64,000 nt of DNA from Klebsormidium nitens. Its lineage: Eukaryota; Plantae; Klebsormidiophyceae. Positions 50,290-62,712 of the stretch are shown piece by piece; position 1 is the first letter of the stretch, and each line of letters begins with the position of its first letter. A model generated the notes under the pieces. That model did not search any database. It had not been told where the DNA came from and worked only from the letters and a program-made list of their open reading frames with translations. The translations under genes and the position numbers were made by a program. The stretch spans positions 62,001 through 126,000 of the forward strand of contig DF236964.1 of NCBI GenBank assembly GCA_000708835.1, written 5' to 3'.

Positions 50290-52667
50290 GGCGGGTGAAC
50301 CTAGGTCAGGGTTTAAACCCAAAAAGGTAAGGGTCGCTTCGACTTTCATAACCACTCTTTTACTGACAAGCTGCGTGCTCTAGCCGAAAATGGGCTCCCG
50401 GGGGACGCTTGTTATGGTTAGAAAGATGCTGAGAGGATCAAAGGGTTTGGAAATGGTTTGGTTCGTTGGTTTCCGAGTCGCAGTCGTTTAACGAGGAGGT
50501 GTATGTTTCACAGAGGGTGCAGCCTGATCCGGAATGTGTCTCGAGAAAGACCGGGTCGAGAAGTAAGCCAAGGGCTTAAGATGAGCCCGAGTTTTTCTCG
50601 TCATTCTTAGGAGGTTTGCTTACTCCTCCTTGGGAGTCTGCTGTAACACCAAAGCAACCCCACTGTCCTCCGTGCGCCAGCGTTACGTCACATGTCTGTT
50701 GCACGAAGGTTGCTAGATTTTCTAGATTGCCTAAATCCAATGTCGAATTTAAGCCACATGTCTTTTGAGAGTCTGAACCCATTCCAAACCGTAAGTCCAC
50801 GTAATTCTTGCTGCAGGCACAGGCACTCACTTGCCATCCACTGCGGTTGGCAAAAGGTGGTCCAGGTGATAAGGACCGGGCGTCCTTTGCGCTGCTTCCG
50901 CTAGGATTCTTCGGGGCTTACTTTCGCTAGGTATGCAGTCCGTAAGGTTGCCCTTAATTCCAGGATTTGTGGGGGGGGGAAATGATTGGCCTTCGTCGTT
51001 GCTGTATTTAACAGTCACTATCTTTGCAGTCTTTGTTTTATTTCCCGTGATAATCAATATCCTAACATGAACAGCCGCGCCGACGTTGCATGCGCAAGGA
51101 AGTGTCTTTACGTCCCGCACGGTCATTGCGAGCTAGCCTGCTAGTTGTGGGCACAGTGATGCATGACACAGTAACTTGCTTCAAATTCGGCCCCCGAGTG
51201 AATCACTGAGCTTGGTGGCCCGCCACAACCTCATGCATGATTAACAATATCATGTATGCTTCTAATCTTCATACATGTCTCCAATTGAAGCTGCATGATT
51301 GTGATGCATGCCAGAGTAGGAATTGTTCCTATTTGATCCTGACTGTCACGGTCCAGCTAGACGCTTACTTGAGATTTTGCTTAATTGGGCCCTTAGGCCG
51401 GTGCTGCAGCGCCGGGGCAAGCTCGTCAATGATCGATCAAGTACATGGCATCATTAAGCACAAATACACGGAGATGATATCAGCTGATTTCTTCGTCTCT
51501 TTTCGTATGGTATGACTTCATAGCCGCCCGCGCGTGACGGGACGGTGTGGTCACGAGCCAAAAATTCAGTGCCGCATTGAACAGTAAAGCACGGCTATCA
51601 TATACTCATTCCACGCAGATCGAGTTTGTGCGAGCCGCGCGCTGGTTGTATAAGCATAGGACGAAGAGCCATTCACGCCCCAGGGTGTGCCCTGCTGCAA
51701 CATGATCACATGAAAGCACAGCTAACCAAGCCTGGTAATTATACACCTGATGCATGATGTTGGTTGAATGGAATTCATAGTCACTCATTATTAGGGTAGC
51801 TGGGATGTCCAGCTTGTGAAAAGCAAGGATGAAGTTGTAATGCAATGATACACCATGGCACCGGGTGAGTGCCCTTCTGGGGCCCTTAGGTCAGTAGTAG
51901 ACCGGTCGCATGCTGGAAACACCTTCTTATAAGCAGGCTTGATTGAGAATGCAGCCAACCCTTGATGAGCCACAAAACGTATCAACGGCCATGCACGCGA
52001 ATTCCTGGCCGAAGCTTATTTGGCATGCATGGCAGCTGGGCGATGCGACTCAGCTCCTAACTAGCCAAGACCAGGCCTCTATGTCCTGCAAATCCCAAGT
52101 TCTTCAACTCGAAAACGAAAACATGCTGCTCGTCATATCCTGAAGATGGTAATTCTCTTGAAAGCGTCATGTATTCAGCTGTCAAGCGAGAGAAGCGTTG
52201 TGGAGCAACTATATAGTCTGTCTGTCGAGGCAGCGTACAAAAGCAGAGCCGCGTCTCGATTACAGTGCGTGCGTGCTCAAACATATTGCCCGAGAGTCTC
52301 TGAAGTTGTTTAAGTACGTTTATCGTATCTGCACCTATGGGGCACCTATACTCGGGCTGGGCCACACGTGTCAAAAAACGAGTAAAAAGCTTCTAAGACC
52401 CTTTCCGGACGCTTTCGGACCCTTTTCGGCCGCTTTTCAAACGCATGTTTTGGACCCCAACGGCCTGCAGACTCTCTTTTTTAAAGATCTCTTCGGCTTT
52501 TGGTTGAGCAGATGAGCACCCTCTGATTGACAAAGGCCTCCTTCAGCCAAGTCGACGATTGCGGCGCCAGCTCAGGTATAGCCTCAGTCCATCAGTGTGG
52601 CCCGGCAGTCCTGCAGGGAGGCAAAGACGCGCGGCAGATGAGGGTCAACGGTAACTACAGGAGTTTT

Positions 52668-52834
52668 TGGCCCTGAACCGAGGGTGGTTCTGGGCTGGCT
52701 TTGGGCTGGTTAAGAACTGGTCAAAGTTCCATAATCCATTAACAAGACGTGGGCGGCAACCAGCTTTGTAACCAGGTTAAAACCCGGTTACTCGTTCAAT
52801 AACCCAAGAGTCAAGTCTGGTAGTCAGCCTGGTT
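52668..52834 (-). repeat. Dispersed repeat R1, copy 2
   Basis: Reverse-complement match to 21700-21842. Confidence 0.7.
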
Positions 52835-55800
52835 CGCGGCCACAAATTCAATGTGCCGGTCACTTTTGTAACAGCGTATTAGGGTAACTTGAACCTTCAA
52901 CCCAAGATAAGCCTCAAGTGTAGCCTTAAGCCACGTCACAGAAACGTCCCCTTCCCACCATGCACGACAGCGAACGGCGATTAAAGCTATCCGTTCCCGT
53001 GTGATATTGTAATCAGGGTCCAACAAATGAGAGTCGATGCAGCATCATCGCGCAAGTCACAGATGCTAATCACGTCAAGCGAACTGAGGACTCACGCGTG
53101 TTTACACCGTTGATAAAGACATGATCCGGCAGGTTTCCGAGTCGCTTGGGTTAATCTGGAGTGAAAAACGAGGGGGAGTTTTGTGAGAGAGTTGCACAGA
53201 CTGTTTACCGTGTTCAGCAAGTCGTTTCTCCGAGGGTCTCCTCTAACGGGCAAAGACGTGAGTCCTCACTCCAGATCACCCTGAGTTCGAAAGCAAACCA
53301 ACGTATATATCTTCGTTAGCCAGCTGTCCTTTCTCTGCGTCCAGCTTGGACACAAGCTTAGCTAAGAGATCCGCTTGAGTCTGCACGAAGCTCACTGCCT
53401 CGCCTCCAAGACAACTGAAGCCGTGCAAATGTAACTCCTGAACAACTAGTTGAATGAAAAGAAGTGCACATGTGAAAGTGTCCGCTACCAGAATGGTTCA
53501 AGCGATTGCCCCCGGTACAGCTCAGCTTCGTCACTGTGACGAATTTTTTGAACCAATCTCAAGAAGGAAGCAGACCTGTTAGCCGTTCTTCGCCGCAAGT
53601 CTCGAGCCCGGAGTCAGCCAACTTCAACCTGTCGCGTCCATCCTGGCCGTCGGAGGATTTCTCAGTGGTCGATTAGAGAAGAAGCGAAAACCGGAGCGCA
53701 GAAAGCTTGTCAGAAGCCTGAAACTTCCGTGCCGGATCAGTGAGCAGAAGAGATTCGCCCGGCATCGAAAGAGGCAGAGTGGGACAAACACGAAGTAACA
53801 AGTGTGAGCAATTCTCTCGTGTTCGTCTTCGACGTATGTTTTATCCGTTTGTTGACTCAGGTGATGCCGTTGAACCACAGATGGCAGACCGTGGCCGGCG
53901 CCGATTACATGAGTCCAGAGGGCTGCAACACGGGCCCCAAGCAGGTTCCGCATCCAATGAAGGGTCACGGTGACAGCAGTTGAGGCTGCTTTCAAAGATT
54001 AAAGGTACGTATGCCAAGACCAGGCCAGGACTCCCAGGCAGTCGTTCTCCAACCGTCCAATGTAACCCTCGTTGAGCCGTCCTTTGAGCCGTCCGCCGCA
54101 ACCATCGATTGAGCGCGCACGATATCCATGTAAAGAAGTATCCAAAGAATGACAAATGAGGATTTCGAGGAACGTGAATCATTTCAAAATGCGGAGACTT
54201 TCAAGAGAGGCTTCAGCATCGGATCGAGTAACCCCATTGAGCTCTTGCACGTGCTCGCGTTGTTAGGCATTAGAGCCAACATATCCGAAACTGAAAAAAT
54301 AAGTGCCGGAAACCTACCGAAGGAAGGAAATGGAGGACATTTCAAGAGCTCCGGAGGCATAAAGAACCACCAGAAAGCTGGACATGTGGCGGATCGACAC
54401 GGACGTTCTTGTCGATTTATGAGAATCTCTTACGACGAGCGAGCGACTTGCCCGTATCCACAGAAGTACCCAGAAAATATCTTTGAGCAGCCAAGCGTGA
54501 CCGAGATACATTTAGCAGGTCACACCAGCTTCAAGGCCTGAACACGGACAGGTGTGGTCATGTTCGGCCCATCGGCCTGAGAAATTGGAGAGATACTCAA
54601 GCTGCTTAGCTTGGCTGTAGCTAGTCTCTGCGATGCGCAAGCTGGGTCTTCAGTGAATTGCGACAAGGTTCTCGACTTACGAACTGCCCTTCTGATACCA
54701 CTGCTCGTATGTTCGAGCCGCTGCAAGGCTGCTACTGTACCGGGTCTACTGACACGTTTTGCCATTCTGTTCGCCAACGAGGTAGGGTTGAATAACTCAA
54801 TCAAGCTGACTGACGTCCTTCAGGTGTTGACTCTCATACTCTAGTACGCTAGGGAACGCGTGCTTTGGACATTTGTAATTTAACAGAAAGTCTACTTGGG
54901 CTCCTTCGAAATTAAGCTCACCTTGCTAGTATATCCGTTGAGTCAAGCTCCCGAAGCAGACAATTTGCTTATGGGCGTTCTCGATCAAAGTCCTTGTTCA
55001 AGCAATCAAAGAGTATCAGACTGCTGTCAGCAGGCTACATTTGCGAAGTAGTCCTTAGCCGTGGAGGCGTGCGTACTATCACTGGCTATTTCACTGACAA
55101 GCATGCAACCTTAAGCGGGCGCCGCCTCCAAGGGAAAATCTTCGTGGCTTCAAGTCGTGGGCGACGTAGGTTGACACTCCTGCCCATGTAAGTTGAAGCC
55201 ATAAAGGCTTCTCCTTGGATCGCGGATTACGCCAGGGGCGAATTACGCGCGTAGTACACGCTCATTACACGTGAATTGGATATCTTGCTTAATCAAGTGG
55301 GCAGTTTCGACACCGATGCGACTTGGAGGAACTTACTTCGTCCGCTCATGTACGTTTGCCCGGCTCAGGCGGCTTAGGCTTTCTTAAGTACATTGAGGCT
55401 GATCCCGTGGACCTCAAAAAGAGATTTCCATCTTTGCCAGACTCGTGTTGAATCGATTGTTCCATCTCGAGAAACAGCGGATGACGCAGTTCCTCATGCT
55501 TTTTCCACTATGATAACGTACGAGACTTAGGGGCAGTGCTGAGATTCTTCACACGAATCGTCAACTCTTTCCAACACTCACTCACGGTTTGACACTTGAG
55601 CACCCAAAGAGCTGGGCTTCGAAATACAAGAACAAGAGGGTTTGGAAGCCCCAGATCAATCCAATATTGAGGGACGACGCCGCTATCTGAAAGTGGTTGC
55701 AAACCTAGTCCGTGCACTAAATTGCTCATTCTGATTTTAGGTCTTTCAGCTTATCGTTTTGCCCCACCGTTTTTGGATGAGGAAGGCACGGCGACGATCA

Positions 55801-58382
55801 AAAAGCGATGTAATGCAACCGACTGACCTTTAACGACCGTGGATGGCCTTCGAGAAAAATGGGCCTTCAAGAAAAAGTGGGAGAAACTAAGACCACTGCT
55901 CTAAGATGGGCCAGCAATCTTTTAGCAGACAATCAATGAAAGCGTGGGTCCAGCGTAAGCACGAAACAGGTCACAGGCTAAAAACCAGAGCCGAAACGGG
56001 GCGGAACCGGAGCATTCCGCTCCGGAAAAGTGGCGGACAAACCGGAGCCGGGCCCCGGCTGAAGGCCGCCATTGAAAGAACAGGAACCAGTTCCCGCAAA
56101 TCGGAGCCGTTTTCTCATGCTCCCCATACGACTTCCCGTCGAGGCCAGATGAAGGGGCACTGCTTGATTGAGCTTTCCGCTTACGCCCTGTGATTGTCTT
56201 ACCTCAACTTGGGACTGCAGCAGAAATACGTTCACAAGAAAAGAAGGAGATGACAAGACCTGGGAAGTTGCTCGCTACCGATCATCCGTCAGTTAGGAAT
56301 GAATCAACACGGTCAGCTGTGTGCACGCAATTGCATGCTGTCAATAGCTGCCAATGGCTCTGCAAGTGTGATCTGAAGCCTCCTTGAGGGTCCCAGGAAG
56401 GGCAAAATTCCTCACTGCCAAAACAGTCTGATGTCGGAATACTTTATTGATCAATGGTCAGTTCCTGTCGAGATATAAGAGATCTACGCGACTTGCGAGG
56501 AACTTACTGCTTCCGCTCTACTTTACATGCGCTGCGGCTCAAGTGGCTCAGATCCTACTCCGTGCCATTGAGACCCGCGTGGACCTCAACGAGAGACTCC
56601 AATCTCTGCCATACTCAAAGTTGAATCTACAATCATAGGTGATTTTTGGGAAGTAAAAGCATAACATACAGATTACATAAGTCCTTGTGATCGTTCCAGA
56701 TCGACGACCTACGGAGATTAGTTAAGGCAGTGATAATGGAATTTCTTACGGACTGCCAGTCTCGGCCACGTTTAGCCAGCTTTTGGCTCCGGGCGCCCAG
56801 GAACTAGCGCCTGGACATTTGAATAACGAGGGTTTTGAAAACCTAGGAGGATCCAAGACGTGGGGGCGCTGAGTTTAGCCTCGTCCTCAAAGCCTTAAAT
56901 CAACACCTCCGCATCTATTTGGCCCTCCGTTTTAGCCTGGTCAAGGTTGAAAAGCTGGTCATCTGATTTTTGTTGACCGTTTCAGCTAGGTCACAGAGGT
57001 TGATATATGAAGAATGCTGAATCGAAGCATATCAGAAATAGCTGGATTCAGAAAAGGGATTCGACAGGGCTTTTCGGATCTTGATATTGGAAGGCTCCAA
57101 GTCGCGAGCTCGATTTGCTCCAGTGCGTCGTCCTACGGACGACAATCATGTAAAAGGCGTTGATAATGAAAAATCTCTGTCGAACTCTTCCGGCTCGATT
57201 GTTGAGCAGGCGCCTTACAGCATGCACGCTGCCAAACGCGCTTACATCGTGAAAACATCGATTTTATGCACATATTTATTGATACATGGGTCGCCGTCTG
57301 TGTGACGGCGGACGCTTGCCTCTTCCTTGATTTTGTATCCGATCAGCGGTTGACAATCTGAATTGCTTTCGAACGTCGAAAGCTCTTTTCTACGGTGTGG
57401 ACTTGTTTATACTCGTGACACCACCGACCAAGCAAGCGCGAAACTTCGGCTTCGAAGCCCGCGAACATGCACGAAGCTCGAGACTGAGACTTGCACCATG
57501 CACTGGTCGGACCAACATTGTTTGACTTCAAGCTGCGAACTGCGCCGCACGCGGGCCCAGTCGAGCCAAATCTCGCACCTTTATGATGTCCTTTTTCTAG
57601 GCCGTACGCCGAGTTTATCGTCGAAACGGGCCAAGCGAAGCAGGTCCACTGGCGGGCCCGCAGAGCGGCGCCGTACAGCGACAAAAACCCCGATTTGTGT
57701 GTATGCAGGCCAATATGCAGTAAGCTGTCAAAACCAAGATTCTTGGTCCAAGCAGACGCAGCATATTCGCTCAAAGGACACGCGTTTCTGCTCAGATAAA
57801 TTACGGCCCTATACTTGACGAAGTGGCACCTGAGACCAATGGTAACTCAGGCAGTCGTCCTTGCAGCCGTTGCATTGAAGAGCATTTGAGAGCCCACTGT
57901 TTAGAGTCCATGATATTTCGATGCAAGCTGCCGGAGGCCCCTTTCCATTTCAAAAGAGAAGAGAACTTCGAGTCAGGACAAGGAACATTGGACAAAACAA
58001 TCGGCACATGTCCTGGATTGAGGAAGAGGATGATGACATCAAATCAAATCCATTAACGGTTGTATACTTGGACGTTGGGACGCATTTCCTAAATACTATC
58101 CAGTTGGGGATCTGGAACGAGAAAGTGCAGCTTCCAAGACATTTGATTAGTGCAAGAAATTGTTGAAGTGTTGAGAAGATTCATAGAGATTGCTGGCTTG
58201 TCTGGGCAACACAAAAGCTTGGGGATTTGGAGGGCCGCCCCCCAAGTAAGAAGCCCGCGTCCTTGCCATATTCTATCGATCGGCCTCCCACGAACTTGGC
58301 GACGCTCGTTGCTGACGTAAACTCGGAGTACCGTCAAAAGTAACAAGCTGCAGAAATAACAAAGCTCGCCAGCCTGCTGGGT

Positions 58383-58465
58383 CGGGTGGGGTTAATTAGG
58401 GGGTTATGGTGGGTACGGGTGCGGAGCAGGTATATTGTTGGGTTAAGGCTTCTGGTGTTAGTTGG
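58383..58465 (+). repeat. Dispersed repeat R2, copy 2
   Basis: Matches 17059-17138. Confidence 0.7.
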
Positions 58466-60582
58466 AGCATATCTTCCTGGCCCTTCTTGATATATTCCTG
58501 AGTTAGTCCGTCGCATAGATTGACCTCAAGGATAACCATGACCTGAGGCTCTGAACGTAAATCTCCTTTCCCTTGAGAGTTGGCCCATCCCACGGAGCGG
58601 CAGTAATTCTTCCGTCGAAAGACATTGAGACCGTTTTTGCCCTTTCAACGCGGCTTCAAGTTTCATCCAAAAGCAAATGGCTAAACTGTCGTCGCCAGAA
58701 GCGAGAATATCAATGTCGTTGGGGAGCGGAGCTTACAACTTAGAACCGTATATATATGACGTCTGCGCTGCTTTTGAGAGCTCGAGGCAGGATTGGTTCT
58801 CATTTCCTCGCCACCATATACTTTGAGCGAATATAGACCTGTTGTCCTATCGCGTTCTTTTACTTGCTTTTAACAGGGGTTTGTGTCGAACGCCATAGGG
58901 AGTTGGTCAGCCAGGTGTGGTTGTATTTCTCACCAGGTAAGAGGGGTTCAAGGGCAATAAACCGAAGATATTGGTTTAGCGCGAGTTTCCTGTGGAATCC
59001 ATCGGGCTCTGGTTGTTAGAAGTGCAAACATTTGCGCTCCGAAAAGAACGCATGTCAGCGGGAATCTTCATTGCCGCCACTCACGAAAGGCTGAAATCAT
59101 ACTGGCTTCCACTGCATGACTCGACGGTACCAGCTACCTTTGATGCGACGAGAGATTCCACAGAATCCATCAGGTTACTTTTACGCTAGAATCCCACGGC
59201 GACTCGGACGAGAAGAACCCAGAAATTGCTTGGGATGAAGCCGGTTTTGACCTCAGGGCACCAATTGGTTACTTTGAAAAGGGTCCTAGCATCAACTTGA
59301 AAGCACGGTCCGTTCTGGCCGGCCGCCATTCAGCTGAATCTGCAGGAACTCACTAGCCCCCAATTCATAAGTGTGATGAGCGGAAGATGAGTCGGTTGAT
59401 TGAAAGTCGGCTGGGTGCAACGAAGGACTTTTCTTGGGATAGAAACATACGTACGAAGCACAGAAATATTGAAACGTACCTCACGGCTGCACGTGTCGCT
59501 GTTGGCCCGACTTAAGCTCCGGTTGGGAAAGGAGGCTTTTACGCCCACAAAAGCCCGGGCCCTACCGTTCGATCATTCTACTTCGATCAGAACGGGAGAC
59601 ACGATCCGGAAGGTTCTTCCTTAGCATCAGGACACTCACACTTATGGCTTTCATTGGTTCTGCATCATTTCCACTGAGATCCTCACACTGAGCCCATGCA
59701 AGTAAATGCATCATTGCCGCCCCCTCTTTCTTGCTTGCCTCACTCTACATGATTGACCGTTCGAGTACTGCTACACGCATGCGGGGCTCTAACTGGCATG
59801 AGCCGAACGTGACAATAATGGAGACTCTTGTCAAGTTTCCCATGTTGTGCGGGGCGTGTCACGGTTGTTCGGCAAAGAGTTTCACGTTTTCGCCGCCCTC
59901 AGTAATTTTAAAGGATGTAAAGGGTTTTATGAAGACGCTTGGCAGAGGTAGCATGCAGAATTTGCAGTAATACTTAGAAGGAGTAAGCAAGCGGGCCTAA
60001 GAAGAAGACATCAATTTTGCCAAGCCGGCCAGCCATCTTCCGAACCGCAGGCGGCAAAACAGAACGTATAGCGCGGCTGGCACTACCGCCACTTAGACGT
60101 CGTGGTTTCGAAAGGGGCGTTGTTAATACCTACCAGAGCCCAGACTCTGTTTTACGCTACGCTCTTAATACCAAGAGGAGAAGTTTCAAAGAGAGAAGAT
60201 GGACACTGAAAGTCCTGGCTTCCACGCGCGTATGTTTCGATTCCTGAGCTCCCTAGGGATGAGCCCAAGAACAAAAATGCATCATTGCCACCCTCTCTTT
60301 TGCTTACCACACTTTAGACCGATTCAGTACTACGGGTAACGAAACTAGCGTGACAGACACAGCATTCATTACCTTGCGCGGCTTTGTCACATGTTGGAAT
60401 CCTGAGGTATTGCTAGACCCGTTGTGCAGTCGCGCTTTGCACTCGTCCTAAGGGGCACCTCAAGTGACTGGCAAATCACTACTCGCTTTGGCTCAGCAGA
60501 GAGTGTCGCCTTTCCGCCGCTCTCAGAATTTCGAAAAGTATGTGAGGCTTTGCAGAGGCAATATGGAAGATTTGCAGACCAG

Positions 60583-61179
60583 GGCATCGTGTCAGAACAC
60601 CTTTGCAGCGGTGCACTGAACTCCGGTAAAAAAACCGACTTCCAGGGGGTCTGTTTGAAGGTCAACGAGCATCTTAAACCGACCTCCGGGGGGGGGGTCC
60701 TTCTAGGCAATGTTTCGACCCCTAGTAGTACGATATCTGAACCCACCTTTTCCTCCCCCTTATCTCTGATTTGGCTTGCAAAAGGTGTTGGGTTTTCTTT
60801 TAAACCGCGTCAGAGACTTGTCCCGGCCACGTTCCGTCGAGTATTGGTTACAAAGCTAGCCGAAAACCTGTTTAAAATACCTCGTAGTTTTAGAATTTGC
60901 AGTCTGTATTGCCGGAAAGACGACCCCCGAAACGAGTCGCTCAGTTCGCTCCTCTTCAAAATGGATTGAAGTAAGTTTCAAAATTAACTCCTCAAACCAG
61001 TGAAACCACCTTTCATAACCCCGCCCCAAAAGTAGAGTCGAAGAGGGATAATCAAAACCGGCTTCCATACCCTGTCGGACAGATTTGGGTTCTACTCAAA
61101 ACCGGCTTCCATGCCCCCCTCGAAACTTTAAAAAACCGGAGTTCAGTGCACCGCTATAAAAGTGTTTTGACACGATGCC
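60583..61179. mobile_element. 597-bp non-autonomous DNA transposon (MITE), PIF/Harbinger-like
   Basis: 45-bp TIRs (60583-60627 and 61135-61179; GGCATCGTGTCA...GCGGTGCACTGAACTCCGGT; 4 transition mismatches). Flanked by a CAG direct repeat, so the empty site is CCAGG. Three internal AAAACCGRCTTCCA subrepeats. Confidence 0.8.
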
Positions 61180-61750
61180 CAGGAAGAAATATCGAGCTAC
61201 CCGAGAAAACGATATCATTACCCTTGATGAGCTGGCCACTCATCGTTTGGAAGTCACCGCAGTCATGTGGCGAGTTTGACTACGAACGAGATCAGTAATC
61301 TGAGGGGGGACCTCTCAGGTTACTCAAATTGTCGTCCTTGCCTAAGTTGGTGACGAAACAGCAGGACGATGTAAAAGGAGACCGTTTCGCTTAAGTAGTC
61401 TGCAATCGCCGCTACCGTTCGAATGCTGGCAAGTGGAGAGAATCACAGGGCCAAATTTCTAGTGTTCATGATCAGATTGCGTCCCTAGTGGAGCGGCATC
61501 GACTCCTGCGAAGCAGTACGGAGATAGATTGCGAGCTGCAACACCATCTCTTCCGTCGGTTGGTCTTTTCGGATCTAAATCCAAAATATCAAATCGACCC
61601 GTAAGAGATCGAGTGAGCGGGAAAGGCATTCCTCTGGTTTTGTAAACCGCAGCTCTTTTTAAAACCAACCTGTCAAAGACGACCTTGGCGAGATTATATT
61701 GTCATGGAAAAGGATACCGAACCCCGCGATCTCATGCGCCAGCGTTTCCT

Positions 61751-62712
61751 ACCGGCACGCTAATCCTGTCCTCAAGGGAGATTTCAAGTTTTCCGCTATA
61801 CAGACGGTTTTCCGCTACCCAGGTTTCAGGCTACGGTACTCAGTGCTGACTGCCTGATTGGCTGACCGCCTGACCGCCTGTCATGCACGACCTGCCTGAC
61901 CGGACTGACTGACTGACCGCCCGACTGCTTGCTGTCCCTCGTCACCTGCCTAACAGGACTGACTGACTGACCGCCTGACCACTGTCTCCGCCTAACCAAC
62001 CTGACTGACCGACCGCCTGACCAATGTCTCCGCCTAACCAACCTGACTGACTGACCGCCTGACCGCCCGCCTAGCTGTCACGTACTTCTTGCCTAACAAG
62101 CCTGGCTGACTAACCGACTGACCGTCACACTTGCACAGAAGCACTTGTATAGTCTAACCAGCCTGACTAACTAACCAGCACCTTCGATGGCTCCCCCGGG
62201 CCTAACCACGCTGACTGACTGACCGACCTGCACCAAGCAAACCTTACCCGTCACCCGGGCATGACTTTGTTAGTATATATTTGTGATATTCACCTTTTGC
62301 TCGTGCAAGGGGTGTGTCCCAAGCAGGACCACCCCGGCCTTCGGCCCCCACCTGCCTACCCCCCCTTCCCACTTCGTCACAGGTAGGTAAGCAGATAAGC
62401 GGCGGTAACCGGCGCCAAGAACGCGCCGATTAGGCGGTCAGTCAGTCAGCGGCGGTTAGCATGTACAAGATCGCAGACACTATAGAACAAGCCCCCGTTA
62501 GGAAGTCAGTCAGTCAGAACAGTCAGGATCATTCGGCGCCAGTACCAACCGGTTCGGGAGTCGGTCAGTCAGTCCGGTCAGCTAGGAATGTACGCCAGGA
62601 ATGATTCCGTAGGGCCTGCTGATTCGGCAACTTTCACAGTTCACCGGAAACTCGGCGGAATTCGCGTTTCGAGACCGGAACTTGAAATCTCCCTCGTGGA
62701 CAAGATTACCGG
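61751..62712. mobile_element. About 960-bp foldback-like element with TIRs and internal CTGA/TCAG subrepeat arrays
   Basis: Inverted repeats TAATC.TGTCC.C.AGGGAGATTTCAAGTT at 61761-61790 and 62679-62708. CTGAC-rich units at 61845-62230 are mirrored by GTCAG-rich units at 62430-62585. Flanked by the direct repeat GCGCC(T)AGCGTTTCCT (61736-61750 and 62713-62728). Confidence 0.65.

Noticed and set aside
52359-52603. 9-bp inverted repeat GGGCCACAC/GTGTGGCCC as possible MITE ends
   Set aside because: Too short, no TSD and no second copy in the window.
54030-54070. VTLDGW on the minus strand, resembling the hAT transposase DGW motif
   Set aside because: Short ORF with no other transposase motif around it.
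60424-60969. 181-aa ORF with fragments (KVCE, GIVS, CLKVN) reminiscent of the Argonaute MID/PIWI junction
   Set aside because: Motif spacing is wrong, and the GIVS...CLKVN part lies inside the TIR and body of the MITE at 60583-61179, so the resemblance is coincidental.
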